The position numbers were made by a program, and so were the translations under genes. Positions 20,440-32,745 of a DNA stretch of 64,000 nt are shown piece by piece. Origin of the DNA: Takakia lepidozioides (Eukaryota > Plantae > Bryophyta); NCBI GenBank assembly GCA_030704615.1, contig CM060732.1:2728001-2792000 (forward strand). The letters are read 5' to 3'. The notes beneath the pieces are model-generated. The model ran no database searches and was not told the origin of the DNA. It was given only the letters and a program-made list of their open reading frames with translations. Every line of letters starts with the position of its first letter. Position 1 is the first letter of the stretch.

Positions 20440-23400
20440 ATGGCCAAGACTAGGCCTAAGGTTGTTCCCTCGGAGGATGGTATGCTGGTTCTTTGGCACA
20501 AGCCTAAGAAAGGGGATGAGGTTCCTTTTTGGTATATGCCAACTGAGTGGGAGGAGATGATAGTGGAGGCAGAGGTGGACCTTAGAGTTCGTGATGGCGC
20601 GAAACAAAGGAATCCCTATAAGTGCAAGTTTTGTGGGCGGCCCATGAATGATAATGTTAGGTTGAATAGGCATGTCATTGATGGGGAGGGTTGTCCTTGG
20701 TTGAACATGGTGGATGGTTGGGACGAGGTTGAGTTGCCACTAAAACCCTGGCCCGCTGCCGAGTTCCCAAAGCAGGTTACTCATTTTGTGGAGAGGTTGA
20801 GAGGGTGTACAAACCCCGAAGCGCGGCGCGCACCAGGAGACGACGTGTCCCCTACTGATCGGCAACAACAGCCCAAAGGGGCAAGAAAACGGAAGCCTGA
20901 TGCACCTGCAGCTTCACAAGTGGCTGCCCCTGCAAAGAGGAGTAGCCGTAGTGAGTCCGACACCGATTTTGAACGCACCAAACCAAAGAAGGGGGCAAAA
21001 AAGGTTAAGATTGTTACTACTTTGCCCTCCGCCCGTGAGAGACAAGCCAAAGTGCGGCCTGAACTCACTGTCACTTGGAGTAGAAAGCCAAAGAAAGCGT
21101 ATCCCTACAGCCATGAGTAGCCAGCAGCAGAAATGGGGGGGATCGGACATGGGGGGGAACGGTCTCAAAGTCAGGGGGGCCAGTCCGGAAAACAACAAAG
21201 ACACGGACATGTGGGGAGCAGATTACTCATCAGGACGAGGGGGAGCAGCCTGCCAGCTCGAGGCCTCCTGCAGGGGATGGGGCCATGGACGTCGACCACG
21301 ACACACCGCACCCGAGCACTCCTCCTGGAACATTTATACTCCTGCAACATGGACTTCTCCCTTCCAATTTTGCTGACCAAAATGATAAAAGATTTTGGGA
21401 TGCATTTGTGAATTTCACATGGAGTGGAGGGTTTGCAATGCGAGTGGAGAGGGCTGAACGCCGCTGGAGAAGATGGCTTCTACAAGAACAGGTTTGCTTC
21501 ACCCCCCAATCTCCTTTTCAGTTTATGGCCATCTGCTCCCCCTAACATTTTCCAAGAATTGCCCCCGGTTTGTAGATGTTGATTCTGTGTTGCATTTTTG
21601 CCTGCAGATCAATGCTTCCGCGGGAGAAATTGAGGCTGTGCGGAAATCAGTGCGGGCATGGAGCACCTGCAAAGACGGCGTTCCCTGTGCTCTATCCATT
21701 GGGCTGGAGTTGGAAGATTTTGAGAGCTACCTTGTGGGAAAGAACAATACTCCATTTGTAACACCCTCCTGTCCGGTGAATGTTGTTCCCCCCATCATGC
21801 CTGTCTCTGCTCCCCCTTCATCATCTACCCCCCCCCCCCCCCGGTCTCTGCTGCAAACACGTCTGCTCCCCCCATATCAGGTCCCCCCACGTCATGTCCC
21901 CTTTGCTTTGTTCCCCCCTCTTCTGCTCCCTCGACTTCTTTCAGGTCTGCTCCCCCCTCTGCTGCTCCCTCCTCTTCTGCTCCCCCCTCATCTCTAGATC
22001 TCCAGTTTGATATTGTTGAACTATTGCTGGAGGAGCAGGATGTTCGACGTCTGCTTCCTGAATTCCCTCTCCTAAGAACTGCCAAGGGAGCTTATGCCAT
22101 TATCTCTTGGCTGAAACGTCAATGTCCAGCCCGGCTGCCTCCGGTCTTTGTTCCCCTCCAAGTTTTTTCTACCATGGATCCTCGACCCCTTGTTTCACAC
22201 TTGTATCCTTTGGCCGATTTAAGGCACGGCATCTGCCCCAGTCATATCATGATGCTTTTTGCACCGTAGACTGCTCACAAACTGCCCTATCATGGATTTG
22301 GACTCTTCTTGCATGGAGGTTGGCGGATGTTTGGGAATTTTCAGAATCAGGAAACTAAGAAGTGCTCCTGGCAGAGGGACAGCTTAGATATGGTACAATG
22401 CAGGACAAAATGCAGATCGTCGACTCCTGCCGAGCATTTCTTCGCATGGTGCATGCCCGAGCGTTTCATGAATTTGCAGCAACGGAAACGGCCCACTTTC
22501 AACTTTTGTGGTGCAAGGGCAATGATGCCGAAGGCCTACGGCGTGCAGCCAGGGCTTGGGAGGATCTATTGTTTAGGCGGGAGCACATTGATTTGGGACA
22601 CTACGTGCATCTTTTGAGTCAGTGCATGCTTTGCCTCTCCAAGATGTTGTCATTGTGAAGATCATAATTGGAATAGTTTTGGCGGGGGAGCAGACTTTAC
22701 AGTCGGGGATCGGGGGATCACGGGATCACGGGGGTCAAAGCTAAGACACAAGCACTTGTCTCTGTGATAGGTGAGGGTGAGGCAGCTGATGTTGGAGTTC
22801 AAAATGCCATGGAGGAGGTCTTGCGAGCAAACAAGGTGTTGTTGGCAAGAAGACATGAACTACATGAGCAACGAGTGTCACCATATGCCCCTCACCTTTC
22901 CCACATCGACATTGACGCCTTCAGTTTATCGTAGTTGTCCCACCATGCATCACAGATGACATCACCAACACCCTCGCAGGTTGAAGACCTTCAAGCGCCT
23001 CATACAGAGACTTTTCAAGTGGAATCTCTGACGGCATGTTTCTACACACCCATTGCGGAAGTTGATGTCAATCCCATCCCCTCTCATACTGTTCTGCCTC
23101 ACAGTTTTCTTTTAGACTCCCCAAGGGAATACTCTGCTGCCATCGCTGTCTCTGTTGCCCCCGCCTCTTCTCCCCTTCCTATCTTTGATCCCTCTCAAGG
23201 AGCGGCCCTCCTCTCCGCTACCCTCTCTGTCTCTGCTGCCCCATCATGTGATGTCCCCGCCGCTGCTCCCCTTCAAATATGTGATCCCGCATCAGGTGCT
23301 ACCCTCCTCTCCGCCCCCGCCCCCCCCCCCCCCTCTGTCTGTTGCCCTCTCTGTTTTTGCTCCCCAACCATGTGATCCCCCCGCCTCTGCTCTTCTTCCA

Positions 23401-25323
23401 TTATCTGCTCCCCCAGAAGTGGCTATCGTCGTCTCACCCCATGCTATCCCATCGGACTCATCTCCCTCCTCGCATGAGTTTTTTTTTTGTGCTCCCCCCT
23501 CATCTGGTACTGCTTTAGTGTGTGTCAGTGCTCCCTCCCTTTCTGATCTCCCTTTAGCCCTGGCAGCCCCCACCTCTACTCCCGTTTTTTTGTCTGCTCC
23601 CCCAAATCTATCTACTATGAAGCATGCATCCGTGTGTGACCCTGGTCCCCCCCTGTCTGCCCCTGACTTCCACTCTTCTTCCCCACATCTGTCTACTCTC
23701 TTGCATGCTACTAGGACTCCCTCTGGTCCCCCCCGTGAGTGCTCCATCACCCGAGGTGTCATCCCTCAACGTTGTTCCCGATGTCATGCCTACTCCCCCC
23801 CATGTATATGCTCTGTCGCAGGCTGCTGTATCTCTCTGTGGTCCTTCACTCTCTGCCCTTGTCCAATCACCTCTTTCAACTCATCCCGAGTCTGTGTGTA
23901 CTTCCCACGTGGAGAGGGAGGATGTGCCAAGAATGGTGGATCCAACTGCCAGGTCTAGCAGATTTGCAGCTGTTTCCAGTCCTCTGCCGACGACACAAGC
24001 TGAGGTTATATCAACGTTGGTGACCCCTGAACGCGAGTCATTGGCAAGGAACACCGAATTGGCAACGGAGGGATTTGTTCCGCCCATGTCTGTTTTCCCA
24101 GGTGCACCCCCGTCTCATGCACAGGCCATCCTGTTGTTATCCGCACTCGTAGATAGTCTGGTCTCCCCCACAGCTGAGCGCTTACTCCAGCCCCTTGGTA
24201 CTGTTCCCATCGCTTCCACAGATCCTTGGAATATTGAATTGGGGTGCCTGATTTTCACATCAAAAAACAAGCTAAAAACGTGTTCCAATTTGGGGTGGAT
24301 TCAACCTGCCAGAGTAGCCTCAGGGGCCCGATTTTCACATCAAAAAACAAGCAGAGAGGGGGCTCAAACCTGGTTCCACATTCACCACGGGTCTGACGGT
24401 TTCTGCTCCAACCCCCCTGCACATGGGTTTGACCTCCGGCAAACCGTCATCTAGCCCAGGAGCAGGTCGAACACGGCATAGGGTTGCTGCAAAAACTTCG
24501 GGATGCCAATTACACCTGCAGGGGAAAGAGCAGGGGGATCAGAAAGAAACAAAGGATAAGGGGAAGGAGAAGGAACAGATGAAGGGCAAGGGGGAGCAGA
24601 CCGGAGAGGGGATTGGCAAGGGGAAGCAAAGACCCCCGAAGGATGAGGGGGAGCCAAAGCGTGCCACAAAAATCAAGGTGACGATACAGGGGAGGGAGGA
24701 GAACTGTACAGCTGAGGGGGAAAGTAAAGCTATCACCGCAACAGGGAAGAAACGGAAGGCGAAATTTGGTCGGCCAGAAGTCACTAAGTAAGTGGGCCAG
24801 GGCTTCCAACGACCAAGGGGGGACCAAATTCATGGTGAGTACATTCAGCAGGGCTTATATGCATGATAGGGAGATGATATGGTTGCTTGAAAACACCCTT
24901 AACAGTTAATTGCCTACCTGTCTGACTTCGTGAACTTGTGTTAAATGCAGAAACCAGAATAGACTGAGGGAAAAGTTCCCAGAGGACAAGGGCTCCCTTA
25001 TTTTCTTCAAAGGCACTCCACAGGAGTCCATTTTGGGTTCATGGGATTATCTACGATTGTCGAAATTGTATGGGGAAGCGGGGGATGGAGGGGTGTTTTT
25101 GTATGCCAATATTTTGCAGCTAAAATCACAAAAAAATGGGGGGCAACTTTTACAACAGATTGGTTTACATATGAGTACGTAGTATCAAAGCAGGATTTTC
25201 TTTGTGGATGGATAGTGGATAATTGGGATGATGCTGATTTGCAGCGTAGACTGTCGCATGTGCATGCTGAGGATGCTGAGGATGTAGCTATTGTATCTCC
25301 ATTCCCCACGAAAAAAAAATGAA
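20440..25323 (+). pseudogene. Unclassified multi-exon, probably TE-borne gene with a CxxC...H...C zinc-finger-like motif and Pro/Ser- and Lys-rich linkers
   Basis: ATG at 20440: MAKTRPK...YKCKFCGRPMNDNVRLNRHVIDGEGCPW. Further globular-looking ORF pieces at 22362-22658 and 25041-25322. Exon structure not resolved. Confidence 0.4.
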
Positions 25324-25379
25324 GCTTGTCCAGATCTTTGTAATCCCTTTGTACCTTCTTTGGCGTCCACTGTGCTGTG

Positions 25380-26351
25380 AAGGGGATCAAGGGGTGAGGG
25401 GGTGAGGGGATCCTTGAGGTGGATTAGAGAACCAGGGATGTGGCGGATGAGGGGGTCATTGAACGAGGGGGTAGGGGGTTCAGGGAACCGGGGGGGGGGG
25501 GGGGGGGGGGTCGGTGCCACAGGGGATCACTTAGCCGGGGGATCGGGGGATGAGAGAGATAAGGGAGCCTGGAAGGCGTTCAGGGGGGATCAGGGGGATC
25601 AGGTTCAGGGGGGTCGGGGGATGAGGGGATGAAGAAGACAAGGGATTGTACAAGGGGTTAGTGGGGATCAGGGAAGCAGGGGAACGGGCTGGCAAATCAG
25701 GGGATCAGGGAACCAGGGGAATGGGTGGGGAAATCAGGGGATCAGGGAAGCAGGGGAACCGGCCGGGAGATGAGGGGATCAGGGAACCAGGGGGATGGGT
25801 GGGGAGATCAGGGGATGAGGGAACCAGGGGAGCGGGCGGGGAGACCAGGGGATCAGGGAACCAGGGGAACAGGGCGGGAGATGAGGGGATCTAGGAGGGA
25901 TGTCGGGAGCTGGACGGGGGATAAGGGATGAGGGGACCACGGGGTGGGGGGATGAGGGACGGCAGGTTTCGAATCGGGGGATCACGGGTGAAAAGCCGCG
26001 TGTGAAGGGTTGTGAAAGGTCATGTCCGTGTCTTGCACTATGAAAGGTCACGTCCCTTGCATGTACGAGTGGTGCACAAGCATGCAACAAAAACTGAAAA
26101 TAAACTCCAAAGCAAAATCTGAAATTTGCCCAACAATGGCCGAGAGCCGAGAGTCGGAAGATGACCCAGAGCCCACAAACTTTCGCTTTAGTCCAAGACA
26201 GTGTCATTTGCTCTCTGAAAGGGACGATGATACTGAAGCATCGGTTTTATGGTGCACTGCCTTGCAAATGCAATGGTATCTCCTTTTCAGGGGGATCAAC
26301 GGGGAGGGGACCGCCATGGGGGGGACGAAACCCTGTTCCGCCGTTGATGCG

Positions 26352-26393
<42 letters not shown>

Positions 26394-28200
26394 GGTCGAG
26401 GGTGGGAAGACACGTGGCATGGCGGTGGCGGGGGATCAACCAGAGGCGGGGGGAGCGGCGGCTCGGTGGATCAGGTCGTGGATGGGACGAGGGGATAGAC
26501 GGCTACGGAGACCACCACGTGGTGGTAGAAGAGAGAGGGGGATCAATTCCCGAGAGGGGGATCAACCGGGGGGGGAGGGATCCGGGGGATCGCCCGGGAT
26601 CGAGGACGGGATCGAATGCGGGGGACCGCGGATGACCCAGTTTTGAGGTTGGATGGATGCGCAGGGAATCCGCGGTTTAGGGGAGCACCACGTGGCGGCC
26701 GATGGCTGGAGGGGGATCAGTGACCATATTGGACGGGGGATCACCCGGGGGGGGGGGGACACCGGCGATGGCCCGGGGGATCGCGCCATCGATGGGATGA
26801 GGGATCGATGGCGGGGGGAGCGCCACGTGGCGTGTCAGTGTCATGGGGCCTTCATCCGGCCGTCGTCCATCCCCTGTGCGAGAGGATGGCGGGGGGATGA
26901 GGGGCGGATGACCTAGAACATCCATTGTTTTGAGGTTGGATGGATGCGCAGGGGATTGACGGTTCGGGGGAGCAGCACGTGGCGGGCGATTAGGGGTGGG
27001 GGATCACTCCCGGTCCGGAGTGGGGATCAAGCTAGGTCGGGGGAGCGGCGACGTCTTGGGGGATCGCGCCGTGGATGGGACGAGGGGATTGGCGGTGGGG
27101 GGAGCGCCACGTGCCGTCCGATGGGTGGAGGGGGATGAATCACCACATTGGACGGGGAATCAACCAAGGGGGGGGGGTGAAGCGGCGACGTCTCGGGGGA
27201 TCGGACCATCGATGGGAAGAGGGGATCGATGGCGGGGGGGAGCGACATGTGGCCTGTCAGTGTCATCACGCCTTCATCCAGCCGTCGTCCATCCCCTGCG
27301 CGGGAGGATGGTGGGGGATGAGGGGCGGATGACACACAACATCCATTGTTTGTGAGGTTGGATGGATGCGCAGGGGATCAACGGTTCGGGGGAGCAGCAC
27401 GTGGCGCGCGATTAGGGTTGGGGGATCACTCCCGGTCCGGAAGGGGGATCAAGGCACGTCGGGGAGCGGCAACGTCTTGGGGGATTGGGCCGTCGATGGG
27501 AAGAGGGGATCGACGGTGGGGGGAGCGGCACGTGGCCTGTCAGTGTCATCGCCCCTTCATCCGGCCGTCGTCTATCCCCTGCGCGGGAGGATGGTGGGGG
27601 GATGAGGGGCGGATGACACACAACATCCATTGTTTGTGAGGTTGGATGGATGCGCAGGGGATCGACGGTTACGGGGAGCCGCATGTGGCGGGCGATTAGG
27701 GTTGGGGGATCACTCCGGTCCGGAAGGGGGATAAGGGCACGTTGGGGGAGTGGCGACGTCTCGGGGAGCGCGCCGTGGATGGGAGGAGGGGATCGATGGT
27801 GGCGGGAGCGCCACGTGGCGATGGACGCGTCATGGGGCCTTCATCCTGCCGTCATCCATTTATTTGAGGTTGGATGGATGGGGAGGGGATCGACGGTTCG
27901 GGGGAGCGCCATGTGGCTGGAGATGGGGGTGGGGGATCACTCCGGCACTGGACGGGGGATCAACCCAGTGAGGGGATCCACAGCGGGGGGCCGTGGAGAT
28001 CGGGCGGTGTTGTGGGGTGCCGCATGGCCAGGGGGTTAGGGGTCCTGGGCGGGGGGGGGGGGGGGGGGGGGGGTGAGGAGGGCACGGGGAGCAGCGGGCG
28101 GGCGGGGGCGGGGGCAGCGGGCGGAGGGGTCGGAGGGGGGTGGGGATGATTTGACATGGGGCGTCCAGCTCGCCGACGAGGCTCCCGGAGCGGGGGTTCC
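25380..28200. repeat. G-rich compound tandem repeat (GGGGATC/GGGGATG motifs, poly-G runs, 230-420-bp units)
   Basis: gaggttggatggatg at about 26645, 26932, 27354, 27638 and 27866; ggggatcagggaaccagggg repeats at 25660-25900; poly-G at about 25490, 26353 and 28051. Confidence 0.85.
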
Positions 28201-28216
28201 CCGGCTGTACCTCGCG

Positions 28217-28944
28217 TGTTGCGCACCTCACTTCGGTAAGCTCCCCCTCAAGTCATAGTTACTCGCTTTGATGCGCGCGCCTGACTCCCAACCTGGCCGC
28301 CGGGCCAACTTGGAGCTTCGGCTGCTCACCGGGGCATAACGGTCCCCCTTTGTTCTCCCAAAGAACCCTCCACCGATTTGGAACCAGCGGGAATTCCCTT
28401 TGGTAGTTGGCAGTCCAGAACAGCTCCCCACTCTTTGGTCGCTTTCCGGCTCACTCGCTTACTCACTAGTTTTTGGTCACCAACGGGCTTGCACCGTTCT
28501 CGGGGTTACTACTCCCTATATATACTTCTGTAGTTGTCCGCGGGGGTTTCACAAACTAGCCATGCCATTTTATGGCGAACCACCACGAAAACCCTCGACT
28601 CCCGGTGATGAGTCGCGGTGAGTCTTGGCCCACTCACCACGGTCCCTATGGACCGTGATGAGTCCCAAGACTCCCCACGACTCCCACCACGAGGTCTCCG
28701 CCCCCATGGTGAGTCCTATGCCACCCCCACTAAGTCCCGCTAAGCTACCACCACCCCTTGTGGAGCCACCCCCACGGCAACCCGGTGTGCGGGGCTCCAC
28801 CTAGTGAGCGCCTCCGCTTCCCTAAGTGCCTTGGGCACTCAAGGGTGCTTCAGCCCCCCATACCTATCGCTGCCACTGCCCCCACCACAGGGGCAGCCCC
28901 TCATGTGTCCCAACCCCCTGCCCTCAAGGCAAAGGGCCGCGACA
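28217..28944 (-). repeat. 3' LTR of the chromovirus
   Basis: Near-identical to 34469-35195 (about a dozen differences by eye); TATA-like tatatata at about 28517; cluster of TGAGTC motifs in the putative U3. Confidence 0.95.
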
Positions 28945-29829
28945 CACACCCCTACCAACAGGGAGTCGATGTCCTCATCGACTTGTCCATTTTGTAGAAA
29001 CGAACATCCAAGTTGTGGCGTCCCACATCAAGGAGTTTGTTTCCGTACCATGGCGTCCCATGGCAAAGAACCAAACCCCACACTTGACTCTACTCTCCAC
29101 TAGCTAGTTCGGCCGACTTCCTCCAAGTCCCGGCCAAGGGTGGAGCCTCTCAAGCTCCTCCCAGTGCACTCTTCTTGGCCTACTTCAAGGCCAAGGAACG
29201 ATCCTCCCCGAGGATTGAATCGCCTTACTGCAACAACATTGCTTGCGACCGCTCATGATGCCGCTTTGGGCATCGCCTTGAGCAAGGGTTCACCTCGAAC
29301 CCTCTTTGACTAGAAAGATAACCTTGAACCAACCGCGCGCCCCAATCACTACAATTGGGTCCACCTTGGAATGCTGGCCTGAGGTACGGAAACACGCCGA
29401 AGCCGCACTACGACTTCGTCCCGAGGCTACACGATTATAGTACGTGAACGGAAGCACGTAGCTTCCGCGTTAGCCCGCACTAAAAGGCAACCCCCTCGGT
29501 AGCGCAGTTATAGTACGCGCACGCGCCAGGTGCGCACTAGCACGTGAACTCCCAAAGAAGGCGCAAGTTTCCTTGCCCCTTGGATGGGAGTCACCCGATT
29601 TCGACACTGTGCAAACACACGATTAACCCAATTTACATCTCCCACTTTTGTAAGCTAGCATGCATTCTACACACTAGCCAGCCATACCATGCATCACCAT
29701 TCCAAACAAAATAGGAAGCACAACATTTGAAAACCATTTCATTTAAAGCAAATTTTGTACAATACAAGTTTTTGCAATCGGATTCCTGAGCTAGCTAAGC
29801 TGGGCTAAGCATGCATTTCCTCCCCCACG

Positions 29830-32742
29830 CTCCAAGGTTGATGTCCCCATCAACGCTTCTTCCGCTTTTGAGGTCGCCCTTGGAAAACTGCAACCGCCTC
29901 GGATGCGTTTCCCATTTCTGAGGCACGCACCCAAGATGCCTCCATATGATGATAGCCCTTCCATTTGACGAGATACTATGTTTCTCGGTTCTTGAACCTC
30001 CTCGACTTAAGTACTGCCTCCACCTCGTACTCAGGTTCATTTTCATGATCCAACAGCACAGGTGACGGACACAACACTTGATGCCGATTCGGACGCGCTT
30101 CATCTTTGAAGTAAGGCTTCAAAAGGGAGACGTGGAATACTGGATGCACCTTGCTGTTTGCCGGCAGCTCCAATTCATACACATCCTCATTCATAACCTT
30201 CTGGATGCGAAAGGGTCCCGCATACGGAGGTATGAACTTTGGACTCACTTCCGGAGGTAGTCGGAAATTCTTGATGTTCAACCAGACCTCCGTGCCTGCC
30301 TTCAAACATCACTTCCATCCGCTTCCGATTCGCCTGCCTTTCATACCGTTTCCTAGCTTTGGCAATGTTGTACTTTGCGAGCTTCAACAAACGCTCGCGT
30401 TCTTCCAGTACCGCCGCTACTGCCGGTTCCTCAACGTCCTGGGCGGCCCAACTTGTCGGCACCAGAGGTGCTTTTCCATAGACCAATACGAAAGGGGAAA
30501 CTCCCGTTGCGGAGTGTTCTGTGTTATTATAACAGAACTCTACCGCGTCTAAGTGTTCCACCCAGTCTGATTGGTCTGCCGACACGTAATTCCGCAAGAT
30601 CTGCTTCACTACGGAATTCACTTTTTCCGTTTGGCCGTCGGTCGTAGGTCGGAAGGCGGTGTTCATCTTCAGCCTCGTCCCCATCTTCTTCCAAAGTGTC
30701 CTCCAAAATTTACTCGTAAACTTTGGATCGCGGTCCGAGACAATATCCTTCGGGACTCCGTGATGCTTTAAGACGTTGGTGAAGTAAAGTCGCCCTGTCT
30801 CCTGCGCCGTTGCCGTCTCCTTGGTGGGGATGAAATGGCCCATTTTACTGAACCTATCCACCACCACCATGATTGCATCGAATCCTTTTGACAGCGGCAT
30901 AGCAGTCATGAAATCCATTGAGACGCTTTCCCAAGTCCCCTCTGGAATCGGCAAGGGCTGTAACAGCCCCGCTTGCTTTTTGTACTCACTCCGGTTTTGT
31001 TGGCATGTCGTGCATGTCTTGACATACTCCTTTGCCTCCTCCCTGAGTTTGGGCCAGAAATACTCTTTCTTCATGAGTGCCGCGGTGCGCTTGGCTCCGC
31101 CGTGGCCTGCAAGCGGGCCATCATGGCATTCTCTCAAGAGACTATCTCTGATCCCTTCCTTCGGCACGTAGAGGCGCTTTTGCTTATACCGGAGCAGTCC
31201 ATTTTGCAAATGGAACTGCGATTTAACCCCCATCCTCAAGTCTTGCATCACGGACTTCGCTAGCTCATCCTTCCGGCAAGCCTTCCGGATCTTCCTTTGG
31301 AGCGCCGTCTCGCCCCTATACACCAACATGAGCTGCTGCTTTCTACTTAAAGCATCGGCCACCACATTGTCCCGTCCCGGTTTGTACTGGATATCCACGT
31401 CGAACACCACCAAAGTATCTTGCCACCTAAGTTGTTTTGGGGACAACTTGGGCTGCGTGGCAAAATACTTCACTGTGACATTGTCCGTGAACACCTTCAC
31501 TGGGTTGGAACCAACATAGTGGCGCCAAAGCTCAAGGCAATGCACCACCGCCTTCATCTCTTTTTCGTGCGTCGGCCACCGTCGCTCCACTTCATTCAGT
31601 TTCTTACTTTCGTAAGCCACTGGACGTCCATCTTGCATAAGTACACCCCCAATCGCGAAGTCCGACGCATCTGTATGAATCTCAAATGGACGATCGAACT
31701 CCGAGATTTTCAAGACTGGAGCTTCCGCCATCCGCTGCTTCAATTCAGCAAAAGCTTGGCCACAAAATGTGTTCCATACCCAGACTTTGGATTTACACAG
31801 AAGGTCCGACAGCAGCCCCGCGATCTTGGCAAAATTTCTCACATACTTCCGGTAATAGGAGGCGAGTCCTAGGAAGGATCGCACTCCCGGGACCGAAGTC
31901 GGAGGATCCCAATCCAAGATCGCCCTCACCTTTCTGTCATCCATTTTGATCCCATCCTGTGTAATCACATGCCCCAAGAACTCCACTTTCATGACCCCGA
32001 ATTCGCACTTTGAAGCTTTGGCGTACAGCTTCCCTTCCCGCAACTTTTGGAACACCCTTTTGAGGTGCTCCAGGTGCTCATCCTTTGTTTTCGAGTACAC
32101 CAAGATGTCGTCGATGTACACGATCACAAAGTCATCCAACCACTCCTGAAAAAGGCTGTTCATCAGCGTGCTAAAGGTTGCAGGTGCATTGGTGAGCCCA
32201 AAAGGCATCACCAAGAACTCATATGAACCATACATTGTCATGCACGCAGTCTTCTCCTCATCTCCTTCCGCCACCCGAATTTGTTGATAGCCGGAGCGCA
32301 AGTCGATCTGGCTGAAATACTTCGCTCCTGCCAACCGGTCGAAAAGGTCGTCGATCCTTGGCAAAGGGTACCGGTTTTTGATAGTCACCTTATTCAAAGC
32401 CCTGTAATCGACACACATCCGCAGCGTCCCATCCTTCTTGTCTGCGACTAGCACCGGGGCTCCGTAAGGTGACTTACTCGGCCGGAAGTACCCCTTTGAC
32501 ATTAGATCCTTGAGCTGAGTCTTCAGCTCGACCAACTCCCTGTGGCTCAACCGGTAGGGTGCCTTGGCAGGCAGTTCTGATCCTGGTATCACCTCAATCT
32601 TGTGGTCAACTCCTCTTCGCGGTGGCAAGCCGCTTGGTAAATCCTCCGGCATCACATCCTGGTATTTCTCCAAAATCCCCTTGATCCAATCTGGGCTCGG
32701 CTCCCCATCGCCTTCTCCCTTCACTTCTCTAATGTAAAGCAA
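29830..32742 (-). CDS. Pol (RT, RNase H, integrase, chromodomain), with a frameshift near 30300 and a stop in the chromodomain
   Basis: [71 protein letters not shown]...YLVKWKGY. Confidence 0.93.
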
Positions 32743-32745
32743 AAA

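Noticed and set aside
25380-28260. Gly/Arg-rich ORFs in the G-rich region
   Set aside because: Low-complexity repeat translations open in several frames, with no domain signal.
28600-28740. Hammerhead ribozyme (retrozyme-like) at TGATGAGTC motifs in the LTR
   Set aside because: Lacks the conserved C of CUGAUGA and the downstream GAAA. More likely repeated TGAGTC enhancer motifs.
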